Below, piece by piece: positions 57,176 to 64,000 of a DNA stretch of 64,000 nt (its first letter is position 1; each line of letters opens with the position of its first letter). This DNA is from an uncultured Halobacteriales archaeon. Its GTDB lineage: Archaea > Thermoplasmatota > E2 > JACPAO01 > JAHFTW01. The DNA lies in contig CAZVJB010000011.1 of assembly GCA_964627625.1 (NCBI GenBank), positions 12,175 through 76,174 on the forward strand, in the 5' to 3' direction. A program made the position numbers and the translations under genes. The notes under the pieces are model-generated. The model was not told the DNA's origin. It searched no databases and worked only from the letters and a program-made list of their open reading frames with translations.

Positions 57176-57556
57176 TTAGGGGGCTTGCGTTTCGGCGGCA
57201 TCTTCGGCTTCAGCGGTTTCGTAGAGCGCGTTGGGCGCGCTGCGCTTGCCCGCCGCGCCCGCACATTCGATTCATAATGAAAAGGCGCCGTCGTCGTCGG
57301 AACGAAGGAAATCGGGCGCTAGCCGACTTCAAACGGGTTTTTAGCAAGCGCCCATCATGCGCGTCCGGCCTCGGGGGTTGCTCGCGAGCGAAGCGAGCAG
57401 ACGACGCCTCGCGCGAGCGGTAGCGATGCGCGAGGCACGAGAGGAGCCGGGCCCGCTCAGCGCGCGAAGCGCCGCTGTCGGGCAATGGCGAGCAGCCCCC
57501 GTCTCCTTCCGGGGGTGCGGGGGGCGAAGCTCCCCGCCGTCGGCTCACCCTGCGTT

Positions 57557-57600
57557 GGAAGATTAGGGTCCGAGCGAAGCGATGTACCCTAATCTTCCTC
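57557..57600 (-). terminator. Strong hairpin (13-bp stem) overlapping the stop codon of the small zinc-ribbon gene
   Basis: GGAAGATTAGGGT-N15-ACCCTAATCTTCC. It sits at the 3' end of the minus-strand gene 57589-57795. Confidence 0.3.
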
Positions 57601-57795
57601 TTCGTACTTCTTGTGCTCCTTGTTGGCACAGAAGCGCATGACGAAGCGGCCTTCGACGCGGTATTCCAGGCTGCGCGCGCAGTGGGGGCAGACGTGTTTC
57701 TTGACGCCGGGGCGCAGCACCGTGGCGGTGTCGTCGGGGTCCTCGTTGAAGAGTTCCTCCCCTGTGTCGTCTGTCTCCTCGAATTCCTCACCCAT
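57589..57795 (-). CDS. Small acidic zinc-ribbon protein (68 aa)
   Basis: CPHCARS...FCANKEH gives a CxxC...C..H metal-binding arrangement, with acidic N- and C-termini. Confidence 0.5.
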   Translation of the reverse strand: MGEEFEETDDTGEELFNEDPDDTATVLRPGVKKHVCPHCARSLEYRVEGRFVMRFCANKEHKKYEEED

Positions 57796-57863
57796 GGTGC
57801 ACCTTGGGACCCGGCGACGGACCCTGGCCTACCCCTTTTACCGTTGCGGTGCCAGGCATGGGC

Positions 57864-58556
57864 TCACTTTACCTGGATTTTGACGCCGCCGGAGGGGCCC
57901 GCCGTCTTGCTGACTGTGACGTCGAGAACCCCGTTGTTGTAGGTGGCCTTCGTGGTCTTGGGGTCGACGGCGGCTGGCAGTTTGACGCGCTTGTGGTACT
58001 TGCGGCGCTCGGTGTCGACGGAAATCTCGAGGTCGGTCTCGTTCATTTGCAGATCAATGTCCTCACGAGTGACGCCGGGAATCTCCATCGTGACGGCAAT
58101 CGTTGCACCGTCGTCGATCACGTCGGTCAAGGGTTCGCGTTCGTCGCTCACGATTGACGCAATGCCTTTGCCTTTTCCACCGGGCGCGGGCTTGACTTGC
58201 GGCTTGTTGCCGAACGTGTTGATTCTGGGCTTGCCGTCGGGCCCTACCTTGACTTGGAATCCACCGACGAAGGACTTGGACGGATCGGCGCCCCATTCCT
58301 TGAACGCCTCCTGGAGGTTGCGCTGCATCTCCTCGACGAGTTTCTTGAAATCGTTCGGGTCGATGCCCATGTTGCGGAACCAGGCTTCCATGTTAGCCAT
58401 GGGGTCTCCGCCCGAAAAGGGGCCGCCGGGGCCGAACGGGTTGCCGCCGGGAAACGCGCCGCCTGCGCCGAAGGGATTGCCACCGGGAAAGTTGGCCCAC
58501 GGGTCCGGCGACGGCGGCGACGGTGGCGATTTCGGAGGCGTCTTTGGCGTGGGCAC
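57864..58556 (-). CDS. Hsp20/alpha-crystallin small heat-shock protein with Pro/Gly-rich N-terminal extension
   Basis: The C-terminal ACD is EPLTDVIDDGATIAVTMEIPGVTREDIDLQMNETDLEISVDTERRKYHKRVKLPAAVDPKTTKATYNNGVLDVTV. The ending ...GVKIQVK is I-x-V-like. Confidence 0.8.
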   Translation of the reverse strand: MPTPKTPPKSPPSPPSPDPWANFPGGNPFGAGGAFPGGNPFGPGGPFSGGDPMANMEAWFRNMGIDPNDFKKLVEEMQRNLQEAFKEWGADPSKSFVGGFQVKVGPDGKPRINTFGNKPQVKPAPGGKGKGIASIVSDEREPLTDVIDDGATIAVTMEIPGVTREDIDLQMNETDLEISVDTERRKYHKRVKLPAAVDPKTTKATYNNGVLDVTVSKTAGPSGGVKIQVK

Positions 58557-58661
58557 GGCCTCACCATTGGGTATGTCGCTATTTGAGGCTCACGGCGAGG
58601 GCACCGCGTCGTGCGCGCCGCGCGCGAGGCTTCTTGAAGCCCCCCTTTCCTGCCGCCCCTG

Positions 58662-60191
58662 TTGCTTCGGCGCGTCCTTGTGGCCAACCGCTCGGAGATC
58701 GCTGTCCGCGTCATACGCGCCTGCCATGAGTTGGGCATCGGCGCCGTGGCCGTCCACTCGGAGGCGGACCGTGATGCCCTGCACGTAAAGATGGCCGACG
58801 CGTCCGTCCACATCGGCCCCGCTGCAAGCCGGCAGTCGTACCTCGTCGCGCAGAAGATTATCGATGCCGCAACGGCGCAGCGCTGCGACGCGGTCCATCC
58901 CGGGTACGGTTTCCTTTCGGAGAACGCCGCGTTTGCCCGAGAGGTCCTCAAGGCGGGCCTGGTCTGGATTGGGCCGCCTCCTGAGGCGATGGATGCAATG
59001 GGCAGCAAGGTTGCGGCGCGCGCCCATGCGCTTGCGGCGGGCGTCCCGGTCGCCCCGGGTTCTCTGACCCTGCGTAACACGGCCGCCGCGAAGCACGAGG
59101 CAAAGCGCATCGGCTACCCGGTCATCCTGAAGGCGGCACACGGTGGCGGCGGCATCGGGATGCGCGTCGTGCGGACGTCGGACCACATCGGGTCGCAGTT
59201 TGCAGCCGCAAGCGCCCAAGCACTTGCCGCGTTCGGTTCATCGGACGTCTTCGTCGAGAAATATCTCGAACGACCGCGCCACATCGAGGTGCAAATCCTG
59301 GGAGATGCGCACGGCAACGTCATTCACCTTGGCGAACGTGAATGTTCCATCCAGCGCAGACACCAGAAACTCGTCGAGGAAGCCCCGAGCCCTGCCCTGG
59401 ACGCGGCGCAAAGGGCCGAAATTGGCGCCAAGGCTGTTGCCTTAGCGAAGCGCGTTGGCTATCAGGGTGCCGGCACAATGGAGTTCCTCTACGAGCCGCC
59501 AGCGCCAAAAACCCGCAGCAAGACGCCCGGACGTACGCAGGGGCACTTTTACTTCAACGAGATGAACACCCGCCTGCAAGTCGAACACCCGGTCACGGAA
59601 TTAGTTACAGGCATCGACCTGGTCCAGTGGCAGCTGCGCATCGCCGGCGGCGAACGCCTCACAATCCGCCAAGAGGATGTGGTTATTCGTGGGCACGCGT
59701 TTGAGGCCCGCATCAATGCAGAAGAACCGGCCCGCGGCTTTGCGCCCAGCCCCGGGCCCGTACGCCGCCTTGTTTTGCCTTCCGGCCCGGGAGTCCGCGT
59801 CGACACCGGCTTGTACGAAGGTTGGACCGTTCCGAGTGATTACGACTCCCTTGTCATCAAGCTCTTGACGTACGCCTCCGACCGGCCGACGAACTGTTCC
59901 CGCATGCAACGCGCCCTGGCGGAGCTACGGGTGTCCGGTTTCTCGACCAACCGCGACTTTCATCGCTTGCTGTTTTCCCACCCACAATTCCGGCGCGGCG
60001 AACTCTCGACGCGGTTCCTGGAAGAACACGGCGTTGCCGAGGTCCTCGTCCGGGCCGCCCGCGTGCGCGCCGCCGCCGTCGCGGCCGCATTGGAGTCGTT
60101 CCCCGGCGGCCTTTCGGCGCTGCTCGTGCGCAACACCGGGCCCGCTCGCGTTGCCGACGGCGGCCGGCGCGATTGGGGGGCCGACACGTGA
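58662..60191 (+). CDS. accC: Biotin carboxylase subunit of acyl-CoA (acetyl/propionyl-CoA) carboxylase
   Basis: (M)LRRVLVANRSEIAVRVIRA, GYPVILKAAHGGGGIGMRVV and EVQILGDAHGNVIHLGERECSIQRRHQKLVEE are the ATP-grasp biotin-carboxylase signature. The start is probably TTG. Confidence 0.85.
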   Translation: MLRRVLVANRSEIAVRVIRACHELGIGAVAVHSEADRDALHVKMADASVHIGPAASRQSYLVAQKIIDAATAQRCDAVHPGYGFLSENAAFAREVLKAGLVWIGPPPEAMDAMGSKVAARAHALAAGVPVAPGSLTLRNTAAAKHEAKRIGYPVILKAAHGGGGIGMRVVRTSDHIGSQFAAASAQALAAFGSSDVFVEKYLERPRHIEVQILGDAHGNVIHLGERECSIQRRHQKLVEEAPSPALDAAQRAEIGAKAVALAKRVGYQGAGTMEFLYEPPAPKTRSKTPGRTQGHFYFNEMNTRLQVEHPVTELVTGIDLVQWQLRIAGGERLTIRQEDVVIRGHAFEARINAEEPARGFAPSPGPVRRLVLPSGPGVRVDTGLYEGWTVPSDYDSLVIKLLTYASDRPTNCSRMQRALAELRVSGFSTNRDFHRLLFSHPQFRRGELSTRFLEEHGVAEVLVRAARVRAAAVAAALESFPGGLSALLVRNTGPARVADGGRRDWGADT

Positions 60192-60673
60192 AAGCCTCGT
60201 TGCGCCTCGATGCCTCGGCACTAGACGTCGAGCTGACGCGGCGCCCGGACGGAACCTTTGTTGCGGTCGTCGAGGGCGAAAGTTTCGACGTCAGCGTTAC
60301 GGGTCTCGGCACAAAGCGCATCGCACGCATCGCCGGAACCAATATCGAAATTTCCTTCGCCCATGGCAAGTTGCAGGTCGACGGGGCGGACACGCCCTGG
60401 GCGATCTTGTCCGTCGAGCGTGCAGCCGCCGGCGGGCCGGGCGCACAGCACGGCTCGGCTCGTATTCGACCCCCCATGGCAGGAAAACTAGAGTCGGTCC
60501 GGGTACGAGCCGGCCAGGCCGTGCACAAGGGGGAAGTCTTGTTTGTCCTCGAGGCCATGAAGATGCAAAACGACGTGCGCTCGCCAGTGTCGGGCGTGGT
60601 GCGGGCCGTCCACGGGCGTGCCGGAGAAGCGGTGGAGACGAATCGAGTCATTGTGGATATCGAGCCAAAATAG
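60173..60673 (+). CDS. accB: Biotin carboxyl carrier protein (BCCP)
   Basis: The C-terminal biotinyl domain carries the EAMKM motif (VLEAMKMQNDVRSPVSGVV). The ORF overlaps the end of accC. Confidence 0.8.
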   Translation: MGGRHVKASLRLDASALDVELTRRPDGTFVAVVEGESFDVSVTGLGTKRIARIAGTNIEISFAHGKLQVDGADTPWAILSVERAAAGGPGAQHGSARIRPPMAGKLESVRVRAGQAVHKGEVLFVLEAMKMQNDVRSPVSGVVRAVHGRAGEAVETNRVIVDIEPK

Positions 60674-60756
60674 CGCAGCCCAACAGAGGCGGCGGCCCAT
60701 GGCAACGGCCGGGCCAAGTCGTTTCCTTGAAATGGCCGCAAGCATCTGTCGCGACC

Positions 60757-62355
60757 ATGACAGGACGCAGGACCCAGCCCAACACGACCGAAGCACCCGC
60801 GCCTGACGCCAAGGTCCTGCCGACGCGAGAAACAGCGCTGCTGGAAGCCATCGCTCGCCTGCAACAAGGCGGCGCCGCGAAGTACCGCGAGAAATTGGCC
60901 GACGAGGGCAAACTGTTCGTGCGCGACCGGCTGCGCCTGTTCTTCCCCGACGGCCTCGCCTACGAGGACGGACTCTTCGCCAACAACCAGAAGGCCAACG
61001 AGGGTTTGGCCGCAGACGGCATGGTGACCGGGGCAGGCCGGATGGGAGAGCGGACGGTCATGGTCATCGCTAACGACTACACCGTCAAGGCTGGAAGCAT
61101 GGCCGAGCGCGGCGTCGAAAAGTTCCTGCGTGTCCAGGAGCGCGCGCTCCGGGTCCAGAAACCCATCCTGTACCTCATTGATTCGTCAGGGGCGCGCATC
61201 ACCGACCAGGCCGGCTTCTTCGCCAACAACCGCGGCATTGGCAAATACTTCTACAACCACTCGATTCTATCCGGCAAGATTCCGCAGATTTCCGTCCTGT
61301 ATGGCCCCTGCGTTGCCGGCGCGGCCTACACGCCAGTATTCTGCGACTTCAGCATCATGGTCCGCGGCATGTCCGCATTGTGCATTGCTAGCCCACGCAT
61401 GGTCGAGATGGTAACCGGCGAGAAAATCACGATGCAGGAATTGGGTGGCGCCGACTTCCACATGACCGAATCCGGCTCGTGCCACCTTGTGGTCGACTCC
61501 GAAGACGAAGCCGCGGAAGCTGTCTGGCGCCTCTTGTCTTACCTGCCGGACAACTGCGATAACCGGCCCGCGCGCTTTGCCGCGGAAGAACCGGAACGCA
61601 GCCCGACCGAGTTGGAGCGCATCGTGCCGGCCGACCCGAACAAGGCCTTCGACATGCACGACGCCATCGCGACCATCGTTGACGGCGGATCCTGGTTCGA
61701 ACTCAAGGCGGGCCACGCCCAGGAGCTCGTGACGGGCCTTGCACGCGTAGGCGGCATCGTAGCCGGAATCGTGGCGAACAACACCGCACACCGGGCAGGC
61801 GCCATCTTCCCGCAGTCCGCCGACAAGGCCGCAGAATTCATCCTCACCTGCGACGCCTACAACATCCCCCTTCTGTACCTGTGCGACACGCCGGGATTCA
61901 TGGTCGGCTCCGCCGTCGAGGCGCAAGGCATCCTAAAGCGCGGCAAGAAATTCATCTACGCCACGAGCACTGCAACCGTGCCGAAGCTGTGCATCGTCAT
62001 CCGCAAGGCCTACGGGGCAGGCATCTACGCCATGTGCGGGCCCGCGTTCGAACCCGAAGCCACGCTGGCACTACCTGGAGCAGAAATCGCAGTGATGGGC
62101 GCCGAAGCGGCCATCAACGCCGTGTACGCCAACCACATCGCCAAAATCGAGGACCAAAAGGAGCGCGCCAAATTCATCGCCGACAAACGCGCCGAATACA
62201 ACCGCGACGTCGACATCAACGTGGCCGGCAACGACCTCATCGTCGACCACATCGTCCCGCCGAGCCAACTCCGCAAGGAAATCATCGCACGCCTGGAAGT
62301 GGCAAGCACCAAACACTTGCCGCTGCCGAGGAAGGGGCATGGGACCGTGATTTAG
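60757..62355 (+). CDS. pccB: Carboxyltransferase subunit (propionyl-CoA carboxylase beta / methylmalonyl-CoA carboxyltransferase family)
   Basis: GKLFVRDRLRLFFPDG, VMVIANDYTVKAGSM, ILYLIDSSGARI, GPCVAGAAYTPVFCDF and LCDTPGFMVG match the family. The ATG at 60757 is frame-checked against the stop at 62353-55. The track's 5' extension to 60034 overlaps BCCP and is rejected. Confidence 0.85.
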   Translation: MTGRRTQPNTTEAPAPDAKVLPTRETALLEAIARLQQGGAAKYREKLADEGKLFVRDRLRLFFPDGLAYEDGLFANNQKANEGLAADGMVTGAGRMGERTVMVIANDYTVKAGSMAERGVEKFLRVQERALRVQKPILYLIDSSGARITDQAGFFANNRGIGKYFYNHSILSGKIPQISVLYGPCVAGAAYTPVFCDFSIMVRGMSALCIASPRMVEMVTGEKITMQELGGADFHMTESGSCHLVVDSEDEAAEAVWRLLSYLPDNCDNRPARFAAEEPERSPTELERIVPADPNKAFDMHDAIATIVDGGSWFELKAGHAQELVTGLARVGGIVAGIVANNTAHRAGAIFPQSADKAAEFILTCDAYNIPLLYLCDTPGFMVGSAVEAQGILKRGKKFIYATSTATVPKLCIVIRKAYGAGIYAMCGPAFEPEATLALPGAEIAVMGAEAAINAVYANHIAKIEDQKERAKFIADKRAEYNRDVDINVAGNDLIVDHIVPPSQLRKEIIARLEVASTKHLPLPRKGHGTVI

Positions 62356-62639
62356 TGACGCCGCCAGACGCCGAGGCCCTGCCACGGCCGCGACCTATTC
62401 GTCAGACGGCAGCCTACCTGCAATTGGCCCTGCTGTGGCGTGCGCCCCGCTCCAGGCGCATCCTCATCGCCTTTGATGCCTTTTACGGCCTCTTGACGGT
62501 CGCCATCGTTGCATTCGCACTGATGGGTTCGCCGTTGGACATGACTGGCCTTCAATGGACCATCTTCGGCTGCATCCTGGCGTTTGGTGTCATCTTGAAC
62601 ATGCAGGTGATTCGCGCGGTCCGAATGTTTCCTGCCTGA
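62355..62639 (+). CDS. Possible small hydrophobic protein encoded immediately after the carboxyltransferase gene
   Basis: A GTG overlaps the pccB stop. The product has two hydrophobic helices (ILIAFDAFYGLLTVAIVAFALM; WTIFGCILAFGVILNM). This is weak coding evidence. Confidence 0.3.
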   Translation: MTPPDAEALPRPRPIRQTAAYLQLALLWRAPRSRRILIAFDAFYGLLTVAIVAFALMGSPLDMTGLQWTIFGCILAFGVILNMQVIRAVRMFPA

Positions 62640-62756
62640 GCGCCGGCAGCCGAGCCGCATCCACGCCCGCGTCCGCCGAACGCGCCGAACGAGGGCCTGG
62701 GATTTCGGGGAGTGCATTGCGATTCTGGGGAATCATGCGCAACCCACCGTGCGCTA

Positions 62757-62888
62757 GGTCCCCCCGGCGAGGGGCCGAACAGCCGCCGCCACGCGAAGCG
62801 ACGGCCGGCGGGTATGTGAGTCGGGCGTGGCGATAGCACCCCGCACGCGTCGCAGCGTCGTGCGGGCGCGTGGGCCGCCGGGGGGACC
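62757..62888. repeat. Repeat element copy B (132 bp) with terminal inverted repeats GGTCCCCCCGGCG / CGCCGGGGGGACC
   Basis: It has the same three conserved blocks as copy A. The T-to-C change in the left arm is matched by an A-to-G change in the right arm, so the 13-bp pairing is preserved. Confidence 0.6.
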
Positions 62889-63133
62889 AATCCGAGGAGA
62901 AATGCGTCTGGTCGTTCCGGCTTGCGGCAGCCCGCGGCGGCCCTCGCCCGCGCTCGCTTCGCGTCGCGGGCTTGCCATGCCCTCGCGTCGCCATGTCGTC
63001 TCGCCTTCGGCTCGTCGGCTGCCGTGCTCGCCCCGACCGGGCGCCCCAAGTCCAAATCTTGCCATTCCTTCAGCACGGCGACGACGCCGTCGGAGGACTG
63101 CGGGAATGGCGCTCTAGCCAATTTCAAGCAGGC

Positions 63134-63169
63134 TTCCGTGCGTTCCGTGATTTTCCGTGACTTCCGTGT
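63134..63169. repeat. Four tandem ~10-bp TTCCGTG-containing repeats upstream of the gene at 63197
   Basis: cttccgtgcg ttccgtgatt ttccgtgact tccgtgtt is directly visible. Confidence 0.4.
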
Positions 63170-63196
63170 TCGATTGATCGTAAGAGGCGAAGATTC

Positions 63197-63589
63197 GTGC
63201 AATTCGCGCAAGGAATGTTGCCCTGGCTCATGGAACAACGGCTCCGGGATTCGAAGCCCAAGTTTTTCCCAGCATCCTCCTTCCATTCCTTTGTGCGCCG
63301 CCTCCGCCTGATGCTCGCCAAGGGGTGGCAACCGGCGCTGGCCTTGCTGAACGTCCTGCCCCTGCCCGGGCTCGGCGCAATCGTCGTCGGCCGCCGCAAC
63401 GCGCACACTAAACTGCTGCGCAACGGCATCCTCCAAACCGTCCTCGTGATTTTCGGCTCCTGGCCGCTCGTTGTCCCCGGCGCCCTTGGTTTTGGGTGGG
63501 CAATCGTCGATGCGGTTCGCATCGCAAGGGCGCGTCTTATCGTCCCCCCCACTAAAATGCAGGCCGATTCGCCCGTCGAAACCACATAG
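63197..63589 (+). CDS. Small membrane protein (possible TM2-like domain)
   Basis: Two hydrophobic helices (LALLNVLPLPGLGAIVVG; ILQTVLVIFGSWPLVVPGALGFGWAIV) with a G/W-containing pattern reminiscent of TM2-domain proteins. Confidence 0.4.
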   Translation: MQFAQGMLPWLMEQRLRDSKPKFFPASSFHSFVRRLRLMLAKGWQPALALLNVLPLPGLGAIVVGRRNAHTKLLRNGILQTVLVIFGSWPLVVPGALGFGWAIVDAVRIARARLIVPPTKMQADSPVETT

Positions 63590-63610
63590 CCCGGCGCCGT
63601 GCCGCCCTGT

Positions 63611-64000
63611 ATGCCAGACAAACCCGTCATCCTCCTGACAGGTTGTTCCTCAGGAATCGGGCGCGAAGCGGTCCACCACTTGGCCAAGGCGGGAGCCCTC
63701 GTCATCGCGACCGCCCGCCGTCCCGACACCATCGCCGACCTCGCCGTCCCCGGTGAAATCGAATGCCTGCCGCTGGATGTCGCCGACGAGACCAGTCGCG
63801 CCGCCTGCGTCGCTGAGGTCCTGCAGCGCTTCGGTCGCATCGACGCGCTCGTCAACAACGCCGGGTACGGCGCCAACCTCACGGTCGAGGACATGCCCAC
63901 CGACCGGCTGCGCGCCATGTTCGAGGTCAACCTGTTTGGTGCGCACGATTTGACGCGTCGCGTCCTGCCCGGAATGCGGGAGCGCCGCAGCGGCCGCATC
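63611..64000 (+). CDS. Short-chain dehydrogenase/reductase (SDR), 5' partial (runs off window end)
   Basis: MPDKPVILLTGCSSGIGRE (the TGxxxGIG Rossmann motif), then ...RIDALVNNAGYG (NNAG). There is no stop before the window end. Confidence 0.7.
   Translation, partial: MPDKPVILLTGCSSGIGREAVHHLAKAGALVIATARRPDTIADLAVPGEIECLPLDVADETSRAACVAEVLQRFGRIDALVNNAGYGANLTVEDMPTDRLRAMFEVNLFGAHDLTRRVLPGMRERRSGRI

Noticed and set aside
60034-60756. 5' extension of the carboxyltransferase ORF (track ORF 60034-62355) overlapping the BCCP gene
   Set aside because: The extension is Pro/Arg/Ala-rich and sits in another frame of the well-supported BCCP gene. The carboxyltransferase homology begins at the Met at 60757.
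1-64000. CRISPR arrays, rRNA genes, integrase or transposase genes
   Set aside because: None were found on reading. The only repeat sets found are those reported above, and the only tRNA is at 50240-50312.

Overview
The window is a high-GC (~65%) archaeal-type segment. The archaeal assignment rests on the core genes: proteasome-activating nucleotidase PAN, archaeal MBF1 (zinc ribbon plus HTH) and a type-2 methionine aminopeptidase. The proteins are not acid-shifted, so a haloarchaeon is unlikely. The right ~14 kb (50.3-64 kb) is ordinary core genome: an NTF2-like protein, a membrane sensor histidine kinase, PAN, aMBF1, methionine aminopeptidase, a small zinc-ribbon protein, an Hsp20-family sHSP, an acyl-CoA carboxylase operon (biotin carboxylase, BCCP, carboxyltransferase) and the 5' part of an SDR oxidoreductase. 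The left ~50 kb is accessory and probably island-like, and it ends at a minus-strand tRNA-Val(GAC) at 50240-50312. Its main contents are a ~2845-aa Rhs/YD-repeat polymorphic toxin with a downstream zinc-ribbon candidate immunity gene, an upstream trio (a 1184-aa protein, a LamG-like protein and a Vps62-like 2-TM protein), and a 2-TM protein coupled to a prokaryotic YEATS-domain protein. It also holds three PKD or TSP3-repeat surface proteins with C-terminal anchors (one fused to cytoplasmic wHTH domains), a paralogous set of wHTH regulators (one frameshifted), a UvrD-like helicase convergent with a PD-(D/E)xK-like protein, and a tightly overlapping five-gene operon (double-SIS+HAD, PRTase-like, P-loop NTPase, unknown, PfkB kinase) of unknown function. 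Two non-coding elements stand out: an array of GGAAA/TTTCC palindromes at 3.8-4.0 kb, and two ~120-130-bp direct repeats with 13-bp terminal inverted repeats flanking the carboxylase operon. All calls come from reading the sequence and translations. No database searches were possible, so family assignments are motif-based.
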